In this document: positions 18,606 through 26,707 of the stretch, in pieces
Position numbering within the stretch: position 1 is the first letter of the stretch
How the letters are laid out: each line of letters begins with the position of its first letter
Virus record (IMG/VR): IMGVR_UViG_3300005805_000232
Span: 1 to 36,010 of that record
Origin: a virus
Lineage: Duplodnaviria > Caudoviricetes
Strand: one strand, 5' to 3'
Length of the DNA stretch: 36,010 nucleotides
Made by a program: the position numbers and the translations under genes
The notes under the pieces: model-generated
Seen by the model: only the letters and a program-made list of their open reading frames with translations
What the model was told of the DNA's origin: nothing
The model's database searches: none

Positions 18606-19064
18606 ATGTCTAGGCCAAATCCGTTAAGGCGTCTCATGAAGACGCCTTTACCATCTATACAGTTACAACGTCAAAAACTCTATCGACCTAATATTAGAGA
18701 AGTCAGAGAAATCTATGATCTAATTAATCGTTATGTGTTTCGAAATCAATTAATACGACCTCCTATCCTATTAGGTCCATGGAGAGGATATTGGGGTATG
18801 TGTTTAGGTAGTATCTATCCAGTAAAAAGAGGTACAAGATGTACAATTAAATTAGTTGATAGATATTTTTGTGTACAGTGGTTTGTCTGTACCTTGGCTC
18901 ACGAAATGGTTCATCAATATGAATGGGATATATTAGAAAAAGAGATGACGCATAGGCAAAGTTTTTTTGATTGGAAAGATATGTTAGAGTATTATGATAT
19001 CCCACTAAAAAGTTGGCATAAAACCGGAGAATGGTTCAAATATCAAAACATTTACAGATGCTAA
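18606..19064 (+). CDS. SprT-like zinc metalloprotease
   Basis: INRYVF, TLAHEMVHQY, downstream H..SF..W. Confidence 0.8.
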   Translation: MSRPNPLRRLMKTPLPSIQLQRQKLYRPNIREVREIYDLINRYVFRNQLIRPPILLGPWRGYWGMCLGSIYPVKRGTRCTIKLVDRYFCVQWFVCTLAHEMVHQYEWDILEKEMTHRQSFFDWKDMLEYYDIPLKSWHKTGEWFKYQNIYRC

Positions 19065-19085
19065 AAAAGCTATTTTTTAAGTTGT

Positions 19086-19110
19086 TTTTTTGATAAATAT
19101 TATCAAAGGA
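19086..19110 (+). promoter_or_regulatory. Late promoter TAAATA inside an RBS-occluding hairpin
   Basis: TTTTTTGATA-AATAT-TATCAAAGGA; TAAATA 19094-19099; SD AAGGA in the 3' arm. Confidence 0.65.
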
Positions 19111-19118
19111 ATAACATT

Positions 19119-19556
19119 ATGATTAAATTATTAACCATATTTTTACTTACTGTATTTACATCTATCGCCTACGCTCAAAAAACTCCTCAAGGTGTAATTT
19201 ATGACGCAACAATAGTAAGAATTAATGATGGAGACACTGTAGTTATCGCTGCCCCATTTCTCCCAGCACCTCTTAAACCAGAGTTGGCAGTCAGAGTGTT
19301 TGGCGTCGATACTCCAGAAAAAAATCACCTTGCCAAATGCGAATCAGAAAAACAACGTGGATTGGCAGCAACAGAATTTACAAAAAAAATGGTCGCTGCA
19401 AGTCAAAAGAGACAGGTCGTACTTTATTCCTGGGATAAGTTCGGCGGGCGTGTACTTGGTGATTTACTATTAAACGGACAAAGTCTACGTGCAATGCTAA
19501 TTCAAAATGGATTTGCTAGAGAATACTTTGGCGAAGCAAAAACAAGTTGGTGTTAA
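19119..19556 (+). CDS. Secreted thermonuclease (SNase-like)
   Basis: Signal peptide; RINDGDT, VRVFGVDTPE, DKFGGRVLG, LIQNGFA. Confidence 0.9.
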   Translation: MIKLLTIFLLTVFTSIAYAQKTPQGVIYDATIVRINDGDTVVIAAPFLPAPLKPELAVRVFGVDTPEKNHLAKCESEKQRGLAATEFTKKMVAASQKRQVVLYSWDKFGGRVLGDLLLNGQSLRAMLIQNGFAREYFGEAKTSWC

Positions 19557-19580
19557 AATAAATTTAAAGAGGAAGTTAAA

Positions 19581-20360
19581 ATGGGATGGAATCCTTTCAA
19601 GAAAAAAACATGGACAGACGCTGGTAAAACAATTAGCAAAGGCGTAAGTTATACTACAAATACTGTAACAAAAACAGTTACAGATACTGCTAATACCGTG
19701 GCGAAAGAAACCACAAACATCTATAATACCACAAAAGATTTTGCTGTCAGTCTAGCTAATGATACAGCAAAAGCAGTAGAACATACTACCGCAGTCTGCG
19801 TTAAAAACTCGGAGGTATATGCTAAACAGGGCTTTGATGTGACATCGGACACATGGAAGCAGGGCACAAATCAAGTTATTCAATACGCAAGTCAAGGTGT
19901 TGAATATGTAGAATATGCTGCAACAGAAGCATATAAATGGGCAGATGCTAATGCCTGTTATATTGGTCTAAATATGGCCTTGACTACTGGTTGTGTTTTA
20001 TATTTTACTCCAAAACCCGATCCCGCTGAACCAGGCACTGTTACTAGCACTGCAATCAGCACTACCTATTTGGGATATATTGCAGCAAAAGGAGCAAATA
20101 CTGCAATGGCCATGGCTATCGGCGAAATCATTACAAAGTCTATTCTTTTAATTCCTGGTGTAAAAGGCAATGTTAATGAACAACTATTGAATAGAGTTAT
20201 AGTAAATGCAATTGCAACCTGTAATCCTGCAGTCTTAGCAGTAAGCCTTGCAACACCCGCAGGTGTAGGAATTTTCATTGGTTCTGTAATTTCCCCAATA
20301 GTAGCTCAATTAGTATGCGAAAAAACTGCTCCTAAAGGTCTAACAAAGGCAATTGCCTAA
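19581..20360 (+). CDS. Hypothetical protein with Thr/Ala-rich amphipathic N half and hydrophobic C half
   Basis: GAGGA SD; MGWNPFKK start; several small-residue hydrophobic helices. Confidence 0.7.
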   Translation: MGWNPFKKKTWTDAGKTISKGVSYTTNTVTKTVTDTANTVAKETTNIYNTTKDFAVSLANDTAKAVEHTTAVCVKNSEVYAKQGFDVTSDTWKQGTNQVIQYASQGVEYVEYAATEAYKWADANACYIGLNMALTTGCVLYFTPKPDPAEPGTVTSTAISTTYLGYIAAKGANTAMAMAIGEIITKSILLIPGVKGNVNEQLLNRVIVNAIATCNPAVLAVSLATPAGVGIFIGSVISPIVAQLVCEKTAPKGLTKAIA

Positions 20361-20386
20361 TACATTATAAATTAACACGGCTCCAA

Positions 20387-20480
20387 TAAATATATAATAC
20401 GCCTTAGGACCGTTAAACTTTGGGCGTAGGCGGCTGCTGCCAGTGTATTATTATCGCCATTCTAATACCAAAGTGAGCAA
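20387..20480 (+). ncRNA. Candidate structured RNA downstream of late promoter TAAATA
   Basis: GC-rich island with three stems (20398-20428, 20429-20441, 20445-20468) and loop-tail complementarity TGCT/AGCA. Confidence 0.5.
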
Positions 20481-20499
20481 TTTTTAAGGATGTGCCACT

Positions 20500-20817
20500 A
20501 TGGTAAGATTAATTGCAGTGGCGTTCCTATTTTGCGCAAGCACCATAGCCAACGCCCAAAGTGAATTTCGTAATATTCCTAAAACTGTCTTATGTGGGCC
20601 TGCAGATGGGGTATTTAAAGCATTGGCAGACCCAGAAATAAATGAAAAACCAGTCTGGTTAGGTAAAGAAGATAATAAAACTACTGATTATGCCTTATTT
20701 GTTAATCAACAAATGGGCACTTTTACTATTATACAATTCGCAAAAAATATGGCCTGTATAATAGGCATCGGCAATCAAAGTAATCTTTTACCAGAAAAAT
20801 CAGCTGATGTAAAATGA
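20500..20817 (+). CDS. Secreted hypothetical protein with two mature-region Cys
   Basis: TAAGGA SD; signal peptide ending ANA; VLCG ... MACIIGIG. Confidence 0.75.
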   Translation: MVRLIAVAFLFCASTIANAQSEFRNIPKTVLCGPADGVFKALADPEINEKPVWLGKEDNKTTDYALFVNQQMGTFTIIQFAKNMACIIGIGNQSNLLPEKSADVK

Positions 20818-21381
20818 ATTATAAATCTGTGCCCAACTAGTTACACGTTTTATTCTCGTATTTCTATATTCTTCATTATATACATGATGCATAAGAAATG
20901 AAGTTAGCCCGATAGCTAATCCGGCCTCTGCATTAGCAGGTTTGTCTTCAATCCATGCATAACCAGTATTTGCATATTCTGCTAGTACAGCGTCTTTATC
21001 ATTTCCAGTATCTTCAAAAAGAAAACGCTCGAATACATGTTCACCGAATATGCTTTTCAAATTTTGAATACGCAATTTTTGCGCACTAGGATCCGAACTT
21101 AAGCTTGTAATAGAATGAAACACAAACCCATGTTCTTCATGAAATCTTTTAATATAATAGACACTGTCTCTAAATGGTTTTAAATAAGCAATTTTTGCTG
21201 ATTCGTTGAATTGTCTGACAAGCTTTTTACTGTCAGCTTTGTCTATGCCAAATCTTACGTGTATGTGATAAGCATCTTTATCGTAGATATGCATACCCAT
21301 TGATTGCATCCATTGATTAAATGAATCTTCCCAATTTAATACGACTCCATCTATATCAGTTAATATTATACGTTTTTTCAT
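20800..21381 (-). CDS. HAD-family hydrolase / 5'-nucleotidase-like (T4 gp30.2-like)
   Basis: ILTDIDGVVLNW, ITSLS, DK, WIEDKPANA; start at ATG 21381. Confidence 0.85.
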   Translation of the reverse strand: MKKRIILTDIDGVVLNWEDSFNQWMQSMGMHIYDKDAYHIHVRFGIDKADSKKLVRQFNESAKIAYLKPFRDSVYYIKRFHEEHGFVFHSITSLSSDPSAQKLRIQNLKSIFGEHVFERFLFEDTGNDKDAVLAEYANTGYAWIEDKPANAEAGLAIGLTSFLMHHVYNEEYRNTRIKRVTSWAQIYNSFYIS

Positions 21382-21392
21382 TTTAATTGATC

Positions 21393-21400
21393 TATAAATA
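21393..21400 (+). promoter_or_regulatory. Full T4 late promoter TATAAATA
   Basis: 4 nt before ATG 21405; no SD. Confidence 0.6.
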
Positions 21401-21404
21401 AACA

Positions 21405-22115
21405 ATGATACTTGAATTTCTTTATGCAATTATAGCTACACATATAACCATTATTTGTGTAACCCTTTATTTACATCGGTCTCAAGCACATCGATCATGT
21501 GTATTTAATCCTGTAGTCAGTCATTGTATGCGTTTTTGGCTTTGGCTTACAACTGGTATGAACACCAAAGAATGGGTTGCAGTACATAGACTACATCATC
21601 AAAAGTGTGATACAGCCGAAGACCCACATAGCCCAAAATTTTATGGTATTTATAAAGTATTATTTGGTGGCGTATTGCTGTATTATAAGGCAGCAAAAAA
21701 CTTAAACAATATCAATAAGTTAGGATATGGTACGCCCAATGATTGGATAGAAAAAAAATTGTATACACCATTTTCTTGGTTAGGTGTAATGTTGCTGTTC
21801 TTAATTAATATATGGTTATTCGGATGGTCAGGTGTTGTAATTTGGTTAGTTCAAATGATATGGATACCATTTTGGGCAGCTGGTGTTATCAACGGTATAG
21901 GTCATTGGTGTGGTTATCGTAATGGCAGCACCAGAGATAATAGTCGCAACATTGTCCCCTGGGGTATTGTTGTTGGAGGTGAGGAATTACACAATGCACA
22001 TCATTTAGATCCAGCCAGTCCTAAATTAAGTATGCATTGGTGGGAATTTGACATCGGTTGGATGTATCTATGTATACTACGCTACTTTGGTCTTGCTAAA
22101 GTCCGATCTGAATAA
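21405..22115 (+). CDS. Delta-9-type membrane fatty acid desaturase
   Basis: His boxes HRSQAH, HRLHH, HNAHH; EDPHSP; WWEFDIGW. Confidence 0.93.
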   Translation: MILEFLYAIIATHITIICVTLYLHRSQAHRSCVFNPVVSHCMRFWLWLTTGMNTKEWVAVHRLHHQKCDTAEDPHSPKFYGIYKVLFGGVLLYYKAAKNLNNINKLGYGTPNDWIEKKLYTPFSWLGVMLLFLINIWLFGWSGVVIWLVQMIWIPFWAAGVINGIGHWCGYRNGSTRDNSRNIVPWGIVVGGEELHNAHHLDPASPKLSMHWWEFDIGWMYLCILRYFGLAKVRSE

Positions 22116-22174
22116 ACTAATAATTATTTTTGTGCGATCTTTTGTAACGAAGTTCATATAAAATTAGAAATCGG

Positions 22175-22203
22175 TTGACAATAATTCATTATAGCTTTAT
22201 ATT
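22175..22203 (+). promoter_or_regulatory. sigma70-like early promoter
   Basis: CGG-TTGACA-17-TATATT. Confidence 0.7.
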
Positions 22204-22250
22204 ACCCAGTGTTGTTATTACAAACTTTCAACTAACTGTTAAGCACTATA

Positions 22251-23357
22251 ATGGCCAAAATTAGCAAAACCAAACTGAAAGAACAACGAATCGCTAATTT
22301 TCTTTCAAACTTCGAAGTGCAGTTTGAAATGAGCGATTCAGCTATTGATCTTAGAACTATGGCAGAAAACTATACCGACGGTATCATCCCCAATAAAGAT
22401 ATTGGCGAAGCCGTAGAGGCAATTCTTGGCCCATCACCTATGCCTCGACTAAGTGTTGATCCAAGAAAACTTAATGTTCCTAAATTTACTTGGGCGCCAA
22501 TGGATGATTGTGCGATTAATCCTATCTTTCAACGTGATCTTATGCCCAATCATGTAGGTAATATTGAACCAAAGTTTAAGGCAGATACCATTATTGTTCC
22601 ATGTGCAGTAAAAGATCCAGTGAGTGGCAAATTTCTACTTTGGGATGGTCATCATACAACAAGGGTCTGTGAACGTCAAGGGTGGACTCATATGCCGGTA
22701 TGGTATACAGAAGCTATGATCGACGACAGCCACAGTCTTGAACAAGCAACTAAAATTCTTATTAGTCATGCTGGTAATAGCATGATTACTATCAATAAGA
22801 GTGGCAAGCGTCAACTAAGTCGCTACGATGAACATATGATTGCAGTGGAATGTGGACACTCTGAACCTGTAATTGTGCAAAACATCTGCGACGCTAATAA
22901 GGTTCGTGTGCGTAGGCAAAGCACCAAAGCCGGAGACATTAGTCATATCGAGCACCTATATGGCGCCTATAATCTTGTCCAAGCGTCCAGCGGTATAAAA
23001 GGAATTTATCTTTCTCGAGCATTGAACTTCTGCCGTACCACTTGGCCCAAAGAAGAAATTCGCGCGATTGTAATGTTGGGTATGGCCAGACTGTATCAAC
23101 AGACTGAAACCCAGACTGGTGTGCTATTGCCGCCGACTTTTGATACAGAATTAGGTGCAATTCTTAAAAAACTTTATGGCCCTGCCGAAGCAGTGCATGA
23201 TGAAACTAGCGGCTTCAAGGCACAATTCGTTGCTCATTTTGGTTCTCTTGCAGGTCATCCCGAAGTGGTTACTAGTGGATTGGTATTGACTTATCTTAAA
23301 CACGGTAAAGGTGGATTTAAGTTAGCACAGCCTGAAACTTCTTATCCTGTAAAATGA
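22251..23357 (+). CDS. ParB/Sulfiredoxin-like domain protein
   Basis: INPIFQRDL and FLLWDGHHTTR match the QR ... DGxHx pattern; later IN..KRQLS. Confidence 0.6.
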   Translation: MAKISKTKLKEQRIANFLSNFEVQFEMSDSAIDLRTMAENYTDGIIPNKDIGEAVEAILGPSPMPRLSVDPRKLNVPKFTWAPMDDCAINPIFQRDLMPNHVGNIEPKFKADTIIVPCAVKDPVSGKFLLWDGHHTTRVCERQGWTHMPVWYTEAMIDDSHSLEQATKILISHAGNSMITINKSGKRQLSRYDEHMIAVECGHSEPVIVQNICDANKVRVRRQSTKAGDISHIEHLYGAYNLVQASSGIKGIYLSRALNFCRTTWPKEEIRAIVMLGMARLYQQTETQTGVLLPPTFDTELGAILKKLYGPAEAVHDETSGFKAQFVAHFGSLAGHPEVVTSGLVLTYLKHGKGGFKLAQPETSYPVK

Positions 23358-23788
23358 TAGAAATTCGAGATTATATTCTTTACTTTAAGAAATGTCCTGG
23401 GGTTACAGATCCGCAACATTTCAAAGTAGGAATTGCGCAATTGACTACAGCACGAAGTAGGCTGGCCACTTATCAAAATGCAGTGGGACCAGTATATGAA
23501 GAAAGTTTTATCCGTGTATGGGTAGGTGATGAGAACCAGATTAGACTAGCGGAAAAGTCCTTCAAAAGAATCTTTAAAGAAAAAATTCAAAGTGCTGAAG
23601 CAGGTTTAAGTGAATGGATATGTAATGTAACTTTACAAGAACTTTTGGACTTTATTGTAGAGCTAAGGGAAGAACATTTTTTAAAATTCCATGATGTTCC
23701 CCGGGAATTTCTACCATTGACCATGCCATTATGCGAAGATTTGCAAGAATGGTTCGAAGAATTTTCCAAAAAATCAGATCGGGAATAA
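23354..23788 (+). CDS. GIY-YIG-like (T5orf172-type) domain protein
   Basis: ILYF, FKVGI, RSRLATYQNA, AEKSF, SEW; ATGA-coupled to the upstream gene. Confidence 0.6.
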   Translation: MIEIRDYILYFKKCPGVTDPQHFKVGIAQLTTARSRLATYQNAVGPVYEESFIRVWVGDENQIRLAEKSFKRIFKEKIQSAEAGLSEWICNVTLQELLDFIVELREEHFLKFHDVPREFLPLTMPLCEDLQEWFEEFSKKSDRE

Positions 23789-23810
23789 TAATTAACAAAT
23801 GAAATTTTAG

Positions 23811-23839
23811 TTGACAAATATTCAATATTTCAGTATAAT
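23811..23839 (+). promoter_or_regulatory. Consensus sigma70 early promoter heading the cassette array
   Basis: TTGACA-17-TATAAT. Confidence 0.85.
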
Positions 23840-23868
23840 TACTTTATAGTAAAACGTTGGAGAACAAG

Positions 23869-24132
23869 ATGTACGTAGTTTTTCACCATAAGTTTCCGCA
23901 CGAGGACAAGCGGTATTTTAAAACTCTAGCAGGGGCCAAACGTAGTGCAACCTGTCAAAATCGTAATTTTGGACGTAAAATCTATGATGTTATGGAAGAA
24001 ACTTTCTTTCTTCTAAAGTACCCAGTGGGTATGAAGGTTGTTAAAAACCTTATGACTGGTCAGGATATTATAATTGCTGAAGATACCCCCTATTGCTGCG
24101 ATCCTTCTCAAGAACGCTATTGGAGTATGTAA
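23869..24132 (+). CDS. Hypothetical phage protein (KNLMTG...DTPYCCDPSQERYWSM)
   Basis: GGAG SD before ATG 23869. Confidence 0.75.
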   Translation: MYVVFHHKFPHEDKRYFKTLAGAKRSATCQNRNFGRKIYDVMEETFFLLKYPVGMKVVKNLMTGQDIIIAEDTPYCCDPSQERYWSM

Positions 24133-24133
24133 G

Positions 24134-24349
24134 ATGAACGAACAAATCCTAAAACTTCTGAAACAGTCCGGACTTCAACCTTACTATGATGCTCAAGAAG
24201 CACAGATTGAAAAGTTCGCCGAGTTGATTGTTCGTCAATGTGGATACTATGCTGATATATTTGAATCTGCTGGGTGTCCAGTTGATATGGACCCAACTGA
24301 AACTAAACCCAGCGATTATATAAAGAAACATTTCGGAGTTGAAGAATGA
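24134..24349 (+). CDS. HFGVEE-family paralog 1
   Basis: MNEQI...EKFAELIVRQC...IKKHFGVEE; GGAG SD before ATG 24134. Confidence 0.8.
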   Translation: MNEQILKLLKQSGLQPYYDAQEAQIEKFAELIVRQCGYYADIFESAGCPVDMDPTETKPSDYIKKHFGVEE

Positions 24350-24663
24350 TTGGATATTCCCGAGCATTTAATGAGTTGTATGGTCCTAAACCTATTGAAG
24401 GAAAATCTAAAATGAACGAACGAATTCGAGAACTATCCTTTGAAGCACAACGATATGCTTTGGATAATACTACAGGACCAGATTTGGCTAGTCTGCATGA
24501 ATTGTGGCAAGAAAAGTTCGCCGAGTTGTTGATTAGGGAATGTGCTGATATGTGTGAACGAATTGCTAAAGTTCATTTAGAAGAGGAAAGCCCTATTGCT
24601 TATGTTTATGGTTCAAGACAATGTAGAGATACAATTAAACAATATTTCGGAGTTGAAGAATGA
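24346..24663 (+). CDS. HFGVEE-family paralog 2 with 22-aa N-terminal extension (internal ATG 24412)
   Basis: MIGYSRAF...SK-MNERIREL...EKFAELLIREC...YFGVEE. Confidence 0.8.
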   Translation: MIGYSRAFNELYGPKPIEGKSKMNERIRELSFEAQRYALDNTTGPDLASLHELWQEKFAELLIRECADMCERIAKVHLEEESPIAYVYGSRQCRDTIKQYFGVEE

Positions 24664-24992
24664 GACTAATGCTTGGAAGCAGTAAAGAAAACCCGTGGCT
24701 GCTTGTTGATATTAATACACCCTACGATCCTTTTAATTTTGACTTTTGGGTAGTTAATGGTGGCTGGTTCGGAAGACTTATCAACGACCAAGTGTATGTA
24801 GAAAAAGAAACTGAACCATCCCACAATGGAGATAGAGTGTACATCTTATGCAGTGATCAAAAAGTGCTGTGGAATGGTGACTACAATAAAGTATTTGAGA
24901 CTTATGCAAAATGGGTACGATGTGAAGTTATTGAATACGACTCTTTGCCACAAAACAAACTGCATTATCTATATGATGACATTCCTTTTTAA
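24660..24992 (+). CDS. Hypothetical cargo protein
   Basis: Starts in the ATGA of the repeat; FWVVNGGW; ends DDIPF. Confidence 0.7.
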   Translation: MRLMLGSSKENPWLLVDINTPYDPFNFDFWVVNGGWFGRLINDQVYVEKETEPSHNGDRVYILCSDQKVLWNGDYNKVFETYAKWVRCEVIEYDSLPQNKLHYLYDDIPF

Positions 24993-25001
24993 GGATAAAG
25001 A

Positions 25002-25187
25002 ATGAAAGATCGAATTAAAGAACTTGAGAAACAGTCTGTGTTCTATAACGAAGAAGAGGGGATCTGGGAACTTGACCATATAAAGTTCGCCGAGTTGATT
25101 GTTCGTGAGATTTGTGATATTGTAGAAGAAGATGGCAGTGCTGTTCTACCTTTGGTGATTAAACGACATTTCGGAGTTGAAGAATGA
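25002..25187 (+). CDS. HFGVEE-family paralog 3
   Basis: TAAGGA SD; MKDRIKEL...KFAELIVREIC...IKRHFGVEE. Confidence 0.8.
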   Translation: MKDRIKELEKQSVFYNEEEGIWELDHIKFAELIVREICDIVEEDGSAVLPLVIKRHFGVEE

Positions 25188-25432
25188 AAAATCGTTACGG
25201 TGATGAGTACAGTTTTGAGAAAGTCAGCGAAGGTATCTACACTATTGTTGGCGATCTCAAATACTGGCGTTACGGTGGCCGCGAAGGGCAAGAACGTATG
25301 GACTTTTCTGATCTAGGATTTGTTGATCCTAGTGGCGGTCCTTTTATTGAAATTGGTATGAAAATTGAAGGTCGAAAGATCAACAAAATTTCTGTAACTG
25401 CTGATGACAAGATTTACTTTGAGGTAGAATAA
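25184..25432 (+). CDS. Hypothetical cargo protein (FVDPSGGPFI motif)
   Basis: Starts in the ATGA of the repeat. Confidence 0.75.
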   Translation: MKNRYGDEYSFEKVSEGIYTIVGDLKYWRYGGREGQERMDFSDLGFVDPSGGPFIEIGMKIEGRKINKISVTADDKIYFEVE

Positions 25433-25635
25433 TGACAGATTTGGAAAAACTTGAAGCACGTATCGAAGCGGTTGATACTGCAATTGCTAATGTAAAAATG
25501 GCTATGAGTGTGGACCGTAAAATGAGTAATGACAAGCATGTCAACGGACACTTTACTAAAGCATTGCAAGAATTAACCAGTATCCAAGCACAGTTGAACG
25601 CCCTTAAAGTTCGAATGGAAACTGTAGGACGTTGA
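25432..25635 (+). CDS. Small coiled-coil hypothetical protein
   Basis: GAGG SD, TAATG overlap. Confidence 0.7.
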   Translation: MTDLEKLEARIEAVDTAIANVKMAMSVDRKMSNDKHVNGHFTKALQELTSIQAQLNALKVRMETVGR

Positions 25636-25636
25636 T

Positions 25637-25819
25637 ATGACACCTGAGTTTATTGAACGTGTTAAACGTGACTATGACAAAGAGCCCAACAAGCCAGACT
25701 GGGCTAGTTATCTCGCCGGTTATTGGGCGGCTGTAAAACGCTTTGGAGAGAAGCGTGAAAGTCGCAGAGAAACAAGAAGTAAACTCGGCTACGCAAGAAT
25801 CGGAAGGAACAATGTATGA
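25637..25819 (+). CDS. Hypothetical protein
   Basis: AGGA SD; 60 aa. Confidence 0.65.
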   Translation: MTPEFIERVKRDYDKEPNKPDWASYLAGYWAAVKRFGEKRESRRETRSKLGYARIGRNNV

Positions 25820-26010
25820 ACCTACGTATTAAAGAACTCATCAAACAAGCAGATGAAAAATTCTCCTGTGAATACAATGGCGACTATACAGTATTCAATA
25901 AAGAAAAGTTCGCCGAGTTGATTGTTCGGGAATGTGCCAAGCGTTCAGCGGAACTAGGGAATCCGGAGGTGGGTCAAGGACTTATGAAACATTTCGGAGT
26001 TGAACTATGA
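25816..26010 (+). CDS. HFGVEE-family paralog 4
   Basis: MNLRIKEL...EKFAELIVRECA...MKHFGVEL. Confidence 0.8.
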   Translation: MNLRIKELIKQADEKFSCEYNGDYTVFNKEKFAELIVRECAKRSAELGNPEVGQGLMKHFGVEL

Positions 26011-26189
26011 ACTGGATACTGATACTATTTGTGCATGCGGGAGTGACCTCAAACGCGGACAGTATGGCTATTACCAATGTTCCAAACTTTCGCACTGAGG
26101 CAGCGTGTTTGCAAGCCGGTGCTCGTGCTGAAGAACTCGTGAAACGAACTACAAAAAGTGTCCGTTATGTTTGCGTAAAGCAAGAATGA
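26007..26189 (+). CDS. Small two-Cys cargo protein
   Basis: MNWILILF...FRTEAAC...YVCVK; starts in the ATGA of the repeat. Confidence 0.7.
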   Translation: MNWILILFVHAGVTSNADSMAITNVPNFRTEAACLQAGARAEELVKRTTKSVRYVCVKQE

Positions 26190-26213
26190 GAATGACTAGA
26201 TAGAAATTCAACA

Positions 26214-26393
26214 ATGGATAAAAAGATTGTAGGATATACTGAGATAGATGGTAGATTCGATCCAATCTATCCACCAGATCGTGGAACTATTGTCACACGG
26301 GCTTTCATTCTGTGTAAATACTGTCGTGGCAACGTATACCATTGTGAGTGGATCGGTGGAAACATTCTAACCCACTTCGGAGTTGACGAATGA
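26214..26393 (+). CDS. 59-aa chimeric ORF ending in HFGVDE (not in ORF track)
   Basis: MDKKIVGYTEIDGRFDPIYPPDRGTIVTRAFILCKYCRGNVYHCEWIGGNILTHFGVDE. Confidence 0.65.
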   Translation: MDKKIVGYTEIDGRFDPIYPPDRGTIVTRAFILCKYCRGNVYHCEWIGGNILTHFGVDE

Positions 26394-26707
26394 TTGGGTA
26401 TTCCCGAGCATTCAATGAGTTATATGGTCCGAAACCCATCGAAGGAAAATCTAAAATGAACCAACGAATTCAAGAACTGGCCTACGAGGCTGAAGATTAT
26501 GCTGATTCTATCGTAGATCAAGGTGGTGAGTTCCACCCAGCATATACAAAAAAGTTCGCTGAGCTAATCGTCCGGGATTGTATTGCTATTGTTGCACCAA
26601 GCAGCTATCGTCGAGCATACCCAGAAAATTATCGAGGCGGTATAGATTGTCTGGACACTTTAGATGAGCGAGTGGGTGCAATTAAAGACCATTTTGGAAT
26701 TGAATAA
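26390..26707 (+). CDS. HFGVEE-family paralog 5 with the same 22-aa extension (internal ATG 26456)
   Basis: MIGYSRAF...SK-MNQRIQEL...KKFAELIVRDC...IKDHFGIE. Confidence 0.8.
   Translation: MIGYSRAFNELYGPKPIEGKSKMNQRIQELAYEAEDYADSIVDQGGEFHPAYTKKFAELIVRDCIAIVAPSSYRRAYPENYRGGIDCLDTLDERVGAIKDHFGIE

Noticed and set aside
20398-20480. Intrinsic terminator or known ribozyme (hammerhead, twister, HDV, pistol)
   Set aside because: No U-tract directly after a stem and none of the core consensus sequences I recall; kept as an unknown RNA candidate
24330-26480. DGR template/variable repeat pair
   Set aside because: Differences are synonymous and not adenine-specific; no reverse transcriptase seen
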